Below are positions 52,601 to 64,000 of a stretch of DNA of 64,000 nt, piece by piece; position 1 is the stretch's first letter; every line of letters starts with the position of its first letter. A model generated the notes under the pieces. It saw nothing but the letters and a program-made list of their open reading frames with translations. It did not search any database and was not told the DNA's origin. The position numbers and the translations under genes are program-made. The stretch is from Amphiscolops sp. MND2022 (lineage: Eukaryota). Location of the stretch: NCBI GenBank assembly GCA_964187785.1, contig OZ076409.1:75270001-75334000 (forward strand), given 5' to 3'.

Positions 52601-54726
52601 TCCAGCTTATCTTTGCCATTTTTTCGAAAATGCACTCGTCTAAAGGACTCCCCTGGCCGGTTTTATTCCCAGGAAAACCATTTGGCCCTAAATACGGAGT
52701 TTCAGCGTTCCAGCATTTCCGGGCGAAAAGTTGTGGGACTTAGAAAAGTTCAAAAGTTTTCAAAAAATTTTTTTCCGTTTTCCGCCTTCCCCCCCTAGGG
52801 GAAAAGACCCCCCAACCAGTAATTTGAGTGAATTCATGTGGAAAGGCCATGTTTAGAGGAGAAAAATACCGTTTAGATCGTCTTTTTATCTTTATTCAAC
52901 GTTGACTTATGACGTTTTGAAGGTGATGTTTGGAGGTGTGAAGCACGTGAAAAGTAAACGTTATGAGTATTTATCTGATCTGAAAGCCATTGAGATGCAA
53001 CCTGTTTTGCTCAAAACGTAATTCATATCAGTTTGGTAGTCAATCAACACCCTTTGTTGTCATTTGACATCTTTTTTTGTTGATATAAGAAAAAATTTTG
53101 TGTATTTATTCATTTTTTTCTCATCAAATAACTTGAAACAGTTGAGTACATTCCATCCCCCCTTCACGGGGGAGATGAGAATGTACTCGCAAAAAGCCCC
53201 GAACTACGGCCCTTACCTTCCTGAGCTACGCAGTATAAAGATTGCATATTGGTTCCGACATTTTGATAGAGTTATATCTTGGTAATCTGTCTGGGTATGC
53301 AGAAAAACAAGCACGTGCTTTTTTATACCAAGTTGCTCACAACGACATTTATTTTATATCAACGCCCCCATATTTATCAACGCCCCCCGTCCGTGGGCAT
53401 GCCGAGGCATGCCCTTCGACGACGTATACCAAGATATACTTCGAGCGCGTTAGCCTAGGTGCCGGGATTTCTATTCGTTCGAGTATGTGGCGCGTGTGGG
53501 TAGGGCCCCTGGCGCGCTCTTGTGTTTCGGGTTTTCCTACTCCTAAACCGCGTTCAGATTTTCGGGATCTCGTAAACTAGCCATACGATTTGGCTGAAAT
53601 TTGGCACACGTACCCCCCTCGGCACGGTGAAGATGATTCCCTACTGACGTTTTGCCCGCTAAACATTTTTTGTTGACCAAAATAACGGTTTTTGGTGGAA
53701 AATTTTCAACTTTTTTTAAAATTCATCTTATATCTCGCCCCAGGTTTACGCTAGCGCTTCAAAACCTTGCTGACGAAAGTTTGCAAACTGTCTCAGGAAT
53801 GCGGTGTGAAATTTTCAGCTCAATCGGACTTAAACTCGAGGAGATATAGCGTTTTTCCGGAGCGGGGGGGTTTCATTTTTCTAACGGTCCAGCGTATCTT
53901 TGCCATTTTTTCGAAAATGCACTCGCCTAAAGGCCTCCCCTGGCCGGTTTTACTCCCAAAAAAACCATTTGGCCCTAAATACGGGGTTTCAGCGTTCTAG
54001 CATTTTCGGGCGAAAAGTTGTGGGACTTAGAATATTTCAAAAATTTTCAAAAAAATTTTTTTCCGTTATTTGGGCCCCCAATGTGGGGGAAAGGACCCCC
54101 CAACCAGTATTTTGAGTGAATGCATGTGCAAAGCGCTTGTTTAGAGGAGAAAAATGTCGTTTAGAACGTCTTTTTATCTTTACTCAACGTTGACTTTTGT
54201 CGTTTTGAAGGTGACCGTTAGATATGGAAAATTGATGTTTTGAGTATTTATCTCATCTGAAAGCCATTGAGATACAACATGTTTTGCTCAAAACGTGTTT
54301 CATTGCAGTATCGCTGTCCATTAACACCCTTTGGTGACTTTTGACATATTTTTTTTATATATAATATCACTTTTTTGTGCATTTTTTCGTTTTTTTCTCA
54401 TCTAATATCTTGAAACAGTTGAGTACATTCCATCTCCCTTCCCGGGGGAGATGAGAATGTACTCGCTAAAGGCCATGAACTACGGCCTATACCTTCCCGA
54501 GCTACGCACTACAATTATTGCATATGCATGCAGACCTTTTGATACATTTTTATCTTTATAGATTGACTGGACAAACTGAAAACTCTGTCCTGATTATACA
54601 AAGTTACCTCACAACGACACATGTTTACGTCAACGCTCCATACTTTACATCAACGCCCACCGTCCGTGGGCATGCCGAGGCATGCCCTTCGACGACGTAT
54701 AGCCACTCAAACGCGGTAGCCGCTAG
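49609..54726 (+). mobile_element. Run of 4 family B units (49609, 50897, 52171, 53459)
   Basis: 49609, 50897 and 53459 match 4011, 5299 and 6573. Unit 52171-53458 has no counterpart at this position in copy 1. Confidence 0.8.
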
Positions 54727-55773
54727 GTGGTCCGGGGTAGTTCCCCACATTATTTAGGGCGAGGCCGGGGAGGGTCCCGATGCCGAGCTTAATTTTCGCG
54801 TGTCGAACTATATCATCTAGCACACCAGTCAAAAAACGGCGATTTTCGAATTGAACCGATAAAACTTCTTTAAACTTTGCATGTGTACTTATCTTGCCGA
54901 TGTACAAATGATGTTCTGCTGGTCAAACATGACCCTATTACTTGGCGGGAAGTTATGAGCAAATGATCGGTTTTTTCACCCTGTTTCGGTACTTTTTCGC
55001 TGCGATATCTGCAGCATGTGGATACAATTGGCTGATACTTTGCATGCGAGGCATAAATGTTGTCAGGTGTTTGCATGCCAAAAATCATTAGGCTGGTGAC
55101 ACTAGGCTGGGAGATAGAAGTAGAAAAAGTAGTGGAAAATTGTGAATTCTCCGGTCATCGCGTCATAACTTCCGAACTTTTATACAGATGATGTTTTCTT
55201 TAGCGGTAGCAGTACAGTCGATGTGTTTTCAACATCGCGTGGTCAGGATAAAAAATAAAAAATAAAAAAGTTCTACAAAAGTTCTACAAAAATTCTAAAA
55301 ATTGCGAATTTTTTCAAAAAAAAATTTTTTTCGGATTCCATTGTATTTTTATACCAGGAATTCAAAAATCACATTATTTATCGTGTCAACGGCGCCAAAA
55401 TGGGTTTATTTTTAATATTGACCGCTTTCACCAGCTTGATATACCAGTTTCAGTAAGTATTTGAAAAATACTCAGGGTTGAGGCAAATGCATAAGTAGCA
55501 CGATTTTAAAACGTAATTTTATTTGTCACCGGTGTTCCGAGGGATGCACAGCAGCACGCAGGAACAACGGTGACCCGGAAGAAAGGCTGTAGATACTTGT
55601 TACGACCGAAGGCAGTCACTGTTTAGTTTTGTTCGACATGATTATGTACGTCGTTGCGATGTGCATCGGCAAAAATTCACATCAGTGACCCCAAAGTGGA
55701 ACAAGTTATACATGAATTGAGAACAGGCAGTACCGTTCGGCCCCCTGGTAATTGGTAGCTTTGCCTCCACTGG
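54727..55773 (+). mobile_element. Family C unit C2 (1047 bp), single copy in the window
   Basis: Starts GTGGTCCGGGG and ends GCCTCCACTGG. Shares AAAAAAGTTCTACAAAAGTTCTAC, AAACTTTGCATG and CGGAAGTTATGAGCAAATG with C1 but is otherwise strongly diverged. Absent from copy 1. Confidence 0.8.
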
Positions 55774-56833
55774 GTGGTCGGGTGTTTTACCTTTACAGAG
55801 TAGTGCGAGGCCGGGTAGGGTCCCGTGACGAGCTTGAAGAATAGCCTGCTAAAAATATACATGTTGGGGGGGGGGGTCTACGGAGACGATCTCGAAAATG
55901 AACCGTTAGAATTTATTCAAACTTTGCATGCGGACATAGAATCAAAATGTAAGAACTTTTTCCTACTGGCACTTTTCGCTCCATACCCTGTGACGGAAGT
56001 TATGAGCAAATGTATGTCGAAATCACCCATTTTTCGCATCTTTTCAGTCGCTGCTCCTCAGCCATTGGAGCCAATAGGCCGAAACTTTTTGTGTGAGGTA
56101 CAAATGAAGTGGGCTACAAGATGGCCAAAAATTTTTGGCCAGGTCCTAATACATCGGGAAATATGATAGAAAATATACACCAAAAAAGGTGATTTTTTGA
56201 CACTTTTTATCATGACTTCCGAAGTGCCCAATGGAATAGGTAGTGCCTATGGATAAAAATGAATGGTTTTATGTTTAATCGAAAGAGGAACAAATTTTGG
56301 TTTTTTTGGCCAAAAAAAAGTTCTACAAAAGTTCTACCAAAATTCGAAAAATTTAGAATTATTCCAAAAAAAAGGTTTTTTCGTCTTTTTTGATGTTTTT
56401 TCACATTTTGAGGTCAAAAACGAGGTACCCGAGCACTTACACTGACTTTTTAGGGGAATTTGACACATTTAATTTTTATTTTTGGTTAATGATTACACTT
56501 TTAAAGTTTTAATCCCAAATTACTGCAATCTTTTCTCAGTTGTTGGAATTCTATGTTTGTTGGTAAATGACATGTAGAAAGATCGCCGATGTTCCGGGAG
56601 AACGCAAAGCGTTTCGGAGGAAGATTGGCGACAAACGATAAAAGTCTGTGCAACTTATGTGCTTCCAATGAGGTGCTTGGTAGAATTATCAAGATGAAAA
56701 AATAACTTTTTTGAGGTAGTTTGTTGTGAAATGAAAACGATTAAAGTTTACAATTTTAAGTTGCACCAACTTCAGTTTCAATCAAGTATTGTCTGAATAG
56801 GCCTTACTGGTAGTTGGTACCTGCCTCCACTGG
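55774..56833 (+). mobile_element. Family C unit C1, second copy (1060 bp)
   Basis: Matches 7841-8899 with one extra G in the poly-G run. Confidence 0.75.
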
Positions 56834-59800
56834 GTGGCCGGAAATTTTTTTTTCAGCAAAATCTTTGCCATTGGGGGAGGGGCCCCGGATGGCCAGTAGT
56901 ACGGGATAGCTTCCTACCAAATCCAGGCGGAAAAAACGTGATTTCGGAAACTAGCCGTCAGAATTTGCTCAAATTTTGCATACGGCTTCCTATGACAATC
57001 CTAAGAACTAATCCCTACTGGCATTTTGCCCAAAAAACGCAAAAAGTTGGTCAAAATCTTAGTTTTTTGGTCAAAAAATGGCGTTTTTTCGAAAAAAATT
57101 TTTTTCAGAGACAATTACTCGTAACTGGTTCACCCAGCGCAAAAACGCCTAGCTGATTTATTGTTGGGCATTTCATGAGAAGTGCGTATACAAATTTTCG
57201 TCCAGATCGGAAACAAATTGACTAAGTATTAGCCGGAATTCGGACGCATTTTTTCGCAAATTTTTGAAAACCTAGTCTATCTCTGCCGTTTTTTGCCCAG
57301 ATTTTTTTCCAGGTCCTCTCCTAAAGGCCTCCCCTGGCCGGTTTACTTCCCAGAAAAACCATTTGGCCCTAAATACGGAGTTTCAGCGTTCTAGCATTCC
57401 CGGGCGAAAAGATGTGGGACTTAGAAAAAATTCAAAATTTTTCAAAAAATTTTTTTTTCGTTTTCCGGCCCCCCAATGAAGGGGAACGACCCCCCAACGA
57501 GGATTTTTGGTGAATTCACGTGGAAAGGCCTTGTTTTGTGGAGCAAATTGCCGTTTAGAGCGACTTTTTATCTTAACTTGACGTTGACCTCTGTCGTTTT
57601 GAATTTGATATTAGTATGTGTTGAGCATGTGAAAAGTTGATGATTTCAGTTGTTCTCTCGTGTTCAAGCCATTGAGATACAAGCGGTAGTGATCAAAATG
57701 TGATTTATCGCAATTTGGTGGTGCTTTTGGTGTATTTTGATTCTTTTAAATAAAAAGTTGTTCTTTATATATTTGGTGTATTGATTCAAATGAACAAGAA
57801 ACAGTTGAGTACATTTCATCTCCCCCCTTGTGGGGGAGATGAGGATGTACCCGCTAAATGACACGCACAATGGCCCAATTTTATTTTTATGCGACGTTTT
57901 CTAGGCTTTTGCGCAAGCCCACTAAAATTTAGACTGGTTTCCTTTTCTTTTACTCCAAAATTTTCCGTACTAACCACCTTACGCACCACCAGCTCAACGT
58001 AACATCTGTAACGTCAACGCCACACACTCTCACTAACGCCCACCGTCCGTGGGCATGCCGAGGCATGCCCTTCGACGACGTATGCCAAATAGCGCCACAG
58101 GGCGCAAACTTGTCCGCTAGGTGCCGGGATTTCCATTCGATAAGGAATTCTGCGCGTGTGGGTAGGGCCCCTGGCGCGCTCCTGTGTTTTCGGTTTTCCT
58201 ACTCCTAAATAGACCCCCTGAATTCCGGGATCTCCCAAACTATCCATACGATTTGGCTGAAATTTGGCACACGTACCCCCCTCGGCACGGTGAAGATGAT
58301 TTCCTACTGACGTTTTTCCCGCTAAACATTTTTTGTTGACCAAAATAACGGTTTTTGGGGTAAAATTTTGAACTTTTTTTAAATTTCATCTTATATCTCG
58401 CCACGGGTACACGCTAGCGCTTCCAAACCTTGCTGACGAAAGTTTGCAAACTGTCTCAGGAATGCTGTGTGAAATTTTCAGCTCAATCGGACTTAAACTC
58501 GAGGAGATATAGCGTTTTCCCGGAGCGGGGGGGTTTCAATTTTCTAACGGTCCAGCTTATCTTTGCCATTTTTTCGAAAATGCACTCGCCTAAAGGCCTC
58601 CCCTGGCCGGTTTTATTCCCAACAAAACCATTTGGCCCTAAATACGGAGTTTCAGCGTTCCAGCATTCCCGGGCGAAAAGTTGTGGGACTTAGAAAAGTT
58701 CAAAAATTTTCAAAAAAAAATTTTTCCGTTATTTGGGCCCTCAAAGTGGGGGAAAAGACCCCCCAACCAGTAAAGCAAGTGAATGCATGTGGAAAGCCCT
58801 TGTTTAGACGAGAAAAATGCCGTCTAGAACGTCTTTTTATCTTAACTTGACATTGACTTTTGTCGTTTTGAAGGTGACCGTTAGATACGGAAAATTGATG
58901 TTTTGAGTATTTATCCCATCTGAAAGCCATTGAGATACAACATGTTTTGCTCAAAACGTGTTTCATTGCAGTTTCGCTGTCCATTATCACCCTTTGGTGT
59001 CTTTTCACGTAATTTTCGTTTCTATAATAACAATTTTTTTGTGTATTTATTCATTTTATTCTCATCAAATAACTTGAAACAGTTGAGTACATTCCATCTC
59101 CCTTCCCGGGGGAGATGAGAATGTACTCGCTAAAGGTCAGGAACTACGGTCTATATCTTCCACAACACAAATGGGATTGCAAATGGTTTCAGTTTGTCGC
59201 AGAAAACTTCTTTTTGCCCTCTGTGACTCGACAAAATGAACGTTTCTTACTTACTTTGAAACTCAGCATACCACAACTCATCTCTAACGTCAGCGCCCCC
59301 CTACTTGCATCAACGCCCACCGTCCGTGGGCATGCCGAGGCATGCCCTTCGACGACGTATACCAAGATATACCTGGAGCGCGGTAGCCGCTAGGTGCCGG
59401 GATTTCCATTCGATAAGGAATTCTGCGCGTGTGGGTAGGGCCCCTGGCGCGCTCCTGTGTTTTCGGTTTTCCTACTCCAAATTCACACCCCAGTTATCTC
59501 CGATCTCGTAAACTATCCATACGATTTGGCTGAAATTTGGCACACGTACCCCCCTCGGCACGGTGAAGATGATTTCCTACTGACGTTTTTCCCGCTAAAC
59601 ATTTTTTGTTGACCAAAATAACGGTTTTTGGGGTAAAATTTTCAACTTTTTTTAAATTTTATCTTATATCTCGCCACGGGTACACGCTAGCGCTTCCAAA
59701 CCTTGCTGACGAAAGTTTGCAAACTGTCTCAGGACTGCTGTGTGAAATTTTCAGCTCAATCGGACTTAAACTCGAGGAGATATAGCGTTTTTCCGGAGCG

Positions 59801-62800
59801 GGGGGGTTTCATTTTTCTAACGGTCCAGCTTATCTTTGCCATTTTTTCGAAAATGCACTCGCCTAAAGGCCTCCCCTGGCCGGTTTTATTCCCAGCAAAA
59901 CCATTTGGCCCTAAATACGGAGTTTCAGCGTTCCAGCATTCCCGGGCGAAAAGTTGTGGGACTTAGAAAATTTCAAAAATTTTCAAAAATTTTTTTTCCG
60001 TTATTTGGGCCCCCAAAGTGGGGGAAAAGACCCCCCAACCAGTAAAGCAAGTGAATGCATGTGCAAAGCCCTTGTTTAGAGGAGAAAAATGCCGTTTAGA
60101 ACGTCTTTTTATCTTGGCTCAACGTTGACTTATGACGTTTTGAAGGTGATGTTTGGAGGTGTAAATCACGTGAATAGTAAACGTTATGAGTATTTATCTG
60201 ATCTGAAAGCCATTGAGATGCAATATGGTTTGCTCAAAACGTAATTCATGGCAGTTTGGCAATCAATCAACACCCTTTGTTGTCGTTTGACATACTTTTT
60301 TGTTGTTATAATAAAAATTTTGTGTATTTGTTCATTTTTTTCTCATCAAATAACTTGAAACAGTTGAGTACATTCCATCCCCCCTTCCGGGGGAGATGAG
60401 AATGTACTCGCAAAAAGCAGCGAATTACGGCCCTTACCTTCCCGAGCTACGCAGTATAAGGATTACATATTGGTTCCGACATTTTCATAGAGTTAAATCT
60501 TGGTAATCTGTCTGGATATGCAGAAAAACCAGCACGTGCTTTTTTATACCAAGTTGCTTACAACGACAATTATTTTATATCAACGCCCCCATATTTATCA
60601 ACGCCCCCCGTCAGTGGGCATGCCGAGGCATGCCCTTCGACGACGTATACCAAGATATACATCGAGCGCGTTAGCCTAGGTGCCGGTGTTTTTTTACACA
60701 ATGGCGGATGTTGCGCGGTTGGGGAGGGTCCCTGACGCGCTCCCGGGATTTCGGATTTTTTAACCTTTACGTACCCATCAAAAATTTTGGGATCTCGAAA
60801 ACTAGCCGTACGATTTGGCTGAAATTTGGCACACGTACCCCCCTCGGCACGGTGAAGATGATTCCCTACTGACGTTTTGCTCGCTAAACATTTTTTGTTG
60901 ACCAAAATAACGGTTTTTGGGGTAAATTTTTCAACTTTTTTTAAATTTTATCTTATATCTCGCCACGGGTTTACGCTAGCGCTTCCAAACCTTGCTGACG
61001 AAACCTTGCAAACTGTCTTAGGAATGCGGTGTGAAATTTTCAGCTCAATCGGACTCAAACTCGGGGAGATATAGCGTTTTTCCGGAGCGGGGGGGTTTCA
61101 TTTTTCTAACGGTCCAGCTTATCTTTGCCATTTTTTCGAAAATGCACTCGCCTAAAAGCCTCCCCTGGCCGGTTTTATTCCCAGCAAAACCATTTGGCCC
61201 TAAATACGGAGTTTCAGCGTTCCAGCATTTCCGGGCGAAAAGTTGTGGGACTTAGAAAATTTCAAAAATTTTCAAAAAATTTTTTTTCCGTTATTTGGGC
61301 CCCCAAAGTGGGGGAAAAGACCCCCCAACCAGTAAAGCAAGTGAATGCATGTGCAAAGCCCTTGTTTGGACGAGAAAAATTCTGTTTAGAACGTCTTTTT
61401 ATCTTGGCTCAACGTTGACTTATGACGTTTTGAAGGTGATGTTTGGAGGTGTAAAGCAAGTGAATAGTAAACGTTATGAGTATTTATCTGATCTGAAAGC
61501 CATTGAGATGCAATATGGTTTGCTCAAAACGTAATTCATTGCAGTTTGGCAATCAATCAACACCCTTTGTTGTCGTTTGACATACTTTTTTGTTGTTATA
61601 ATAAAAAATTTTGTGTATTTATTCATTTTTTTCTCATCAAATAACTTGGAACAGTTGAGTACATTCCATCCCCCCCTTCCGGGGGAGATGAGAATGTACT
61701 CGCAAAAAGCACCGAACTACGGCCCTTACCTTCCCGAGCTACGCAGTATAAGGATTACATATTGGTTCCGACGTTTTCATAGAGTTATATCTTGGTAATC
61801 TGTCTGGATATGCCGAAAAATCAGCACGTGCCTTTTAATACCAAGTTGCTCACAACGACAATTATTTTATATCAACGCCCCCATATTTATCAACGCCCCC
61901 CGTCCGTGGGCATGCCGAGGCATGCCCTTCGACGACCCGCACCAAAATATGCGTTAGCGCGGTAGCTGCTAGGTGGCCGGAAATTTTTTTTTCATCAAAA
62001 TCTTTGCCATTGGGGGAGGGGCCCCGGATGGCCAGTAGTACGGGATAGCTTCCTACCAAATCCAGATGGAAAAAACGTGATTTTGGAAACTAGCCGTCAG
62101 AATTTGCTCAAATTTTGCATACGGCTTCCTATAACAATCCTAAGAACTAATCCCTACTGGCATTTTGCCCAAAAAACGCAAAAAGTTGGTCATAATCTTA
62201 GTTTTTTGGTCAAAAAATGGCGTTTTTTCGAAAAATTTTTTTTTCAGAGACAATTACTCGTAACTGGTTCACCCAGCGCAAAAACGCCTAGCTGATTTAT
62301 TGTTGGGCACTTCATGAGGAGTGCGTATACAAATTTTCGTCCAGATCGGAAAAAAAATGACTAAGTATTAGCCGGAATTCGGACGCATTTTTTCGCAAAT
62401 TTTTGAAAACCTAGTCTATCTCTGCCGTTTTTTGCCCAGATTTTTTTCTAGACCCTCTCCTAAAGGCCTCCCCTGGCCGGATTACCTCCCAGCAAAACCA
62501 TTTGGCCCTAAATACGAAGTTTCAGCGTTCTAGCATTCTCGGGCGAAAAGTTGTGGGACTTAGAAAAATTTTTTTGAAAACGCAAAATGTGTAAAGTCAA
62601 CTTCAGGCCTCCCAAAGTCAAGGAACTTCCACACAACTAGTATTGCAAGTGAATGCATGTGGAAAGTACTCGGATAGACGAGAAAAATGAGCTATTATAA
62701 ATCTCTGTAGCTTAACCTGACGTTGACTTATGACAATTTTAGTGTGAGCTTGCTATGTGAGAAAAAAATTCAAAATTGGAAATCGAAGCTAAGTCTCATC

Positions 62801-64000
62801 CAAAACTCATCGGAACACGTTCAATCCATCCCAGAGCGGTTTAATTCCAGCTATATAATGCAGCAACACTATTCAAGACCATTTGATCCACTTACATTAG
62901 TTTTGACACCGTATTATTCATCCGAGAGCACAAAACAGTTGAGTACATTCCATCTCCCTTTCGGGGGAGATGAGAATGTACTCGCTAAAGTCCAGGTACT
63001 ACAGCCCATATTTGCTTTTATGCGACGCTCTTATGCTAGTGCGCATACTTTTTAATCGTTTAACTGAATTTTCTTCTGTCTGCACTTTGACTTTGACTTG
63101 ACATATAGTGAACGTTTTGTCTTACAACTTACAAATGAGTAACGTCAACGCCCCATCCTTGCATCAACGCCCACCGTCCGTGGGCATGCCGAGGCATGCC
63201 CTTCGACGACGTATGCCAAGATATATCCCAAGCGCGGTAGCAGCTAGGTGCCGGGATTTCTATTCGATAAAGTATGTGGCGCGTGTGGGTAGGGTCCCTG
63301 GCGCGCTCTTGGGTATGGTGTTCACCAGCTAGGAAATAGGGGTCGATTTTTCGGGATCTCCTAAACTAGCCACACGATTTGGCTGAAATTTGGCACACGT
63401 ACTCCCCTCGGCACGGTGAAGATGATTTCCTACTGACGTTTTTCCCGCAAAATTTTTTTTGTTGTCCAAAATAACGGTTTTTGGGGTGAAATTTTGATTT
63501 TTTTTTAAATTTTATCTTATATCTCGCCACCGGTTTACGCTAGCGCTTCAAAACCCTGCTAAAGAAAGCTTGCAAACTGTCTCAGGAATGCTGTGTGAAA
63601 ATTTCAGCTCAATCGGACTTAAACTCAGGGAGATATAGCGTTTTTCCGGAGCGGGGGGGTTTCATTTTTCTAACGGTCCAGCTTATCTTAGCCATTTTTT
63701 CGAAAATGTACTCGCCTAAAGACCTCCCCTGGCCGGTTTTATTCCCAGCAAAACCATTTGGCCCTAAATACGGAGTTTCAGCGTTCCAGCATTCCCGGGC
63801 GAAAAGTTGTGGGACTTAGAAAAGTTCAAAAATTTTCAAAAAATTTTTTTTCCGTTTTCCGCCCTCCCCCCCGAGGGGAAAAGACCCCCAACCAGTAATT
63901 TGAGTGAATTCATGTGGAAAGGCCATGTTTAGAGGAGAAAAATCTCGTTTAAATCGTCTTTTTATCTTTATTCAACGTTGACTTATGACGTTTTAAAGGT
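56834..64000 (+). mobile_element. Run of 5 complete family B units plus a partial one (56834, 58121, 59394, 60680, 61973, 63248)
   Basis: Match units 8900, 10187, 12746, 14032, 15325 and 16600 of copy 1. Confidence 0.8.

Larger units (their letters stand above)
1..64000 (+). repeat. Heterogeneous head-to-tail tandem array of 1.05/1.28/1.98-kb non-coding units joined at CTRG|GTG
   Basis: Junction CTRG ends read at 742, 2736, 4010, 5298, 6572, 7840, 8899, 10186, 11459, 12745, 14031, 15324, 16599, 17885, 19147, 20458, 21731, 23005, 24292, 25577, 26863, 28148, 29429, 30716, 32002, 33270, 34532, 35819, 37794, 40508, 41777, 43066, 44352, 45635, 47614, 49608, 50896, 52170, 53458, 54726, 55773, 56833, 58120, 59393, 60679, 61972 and 63247. 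Each is followed by GTG. The repeated short ORFs in the track share this periodicity. Confidence 0.97.
46873..64000 (+). repeat. Higher-order/segmental duplication, copy 2 (right edge lies outside the window)
   Basis: Sequence at 46873 (ttgtgtttaaagggtacaaatg) equals position 1. Besides the four unit indels I noticed only a G10/G11 difference (~7933 vs ~55866) and T15841/C62489; the comparison was not exhaustive. Confidence 0.95.

Noticed and set aside
647..63819. All ORFs in the six-frame track (60-136 aa), including the recurrent MLTKVCKLSQECC…, MPFFRKCTRLK… and …VEGHASACP… peptides
   Set aside because: They are short, overlap in several frames, often use non-ATG starts, and have stops and frameshifts that vary between copies at homopolymer runs. 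No recognisable domain; recurrence simply reflects the DNA repeat.

Overview
The window is entirely non-coding and looks eukaryotic/invertebrate (long A/T tracts, CpG not depleted; the organism cannot be identified from the sequence). I find no credible CDS, rRNA, tRNA or CRISPR array. It is one head-to-tail array of 46 complete units plus two partial end units, from three related families: A (~1.98-1.99 kb, 4 complete), B (~1.26-1.31 kb, 38 complete, several subfamilies), C (~1.05 kb, 3 copies), plus one A/B fusion. All units share one orientation and are joined at the heptamer CT(A/G)GGTG (47 junctions: 44 CTAGGTG, 3 CTGGGTG). Positions 1-17352 recur almost identically at 46873-64000. The two copies differ by four whole-unit insertions/deletions whose breakpoints all fall in the junction, and the only sequence common to all four crossover windows is GGTG. 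Together with conserved end motifs and hairpins that keep their structure while their sequence changes, this suggests a site-specific, integron-like array of non-autonomous mobile cassettes rather than an ordinary satellite. The mobilising enzyme (HUH/Helitron-like rolling-circle protein or Crypton-like tyrosine recombinase) is inferred and is not encoded here. All coordinates and comparisons were made by eye, cross-checked against ORF-track offsets.
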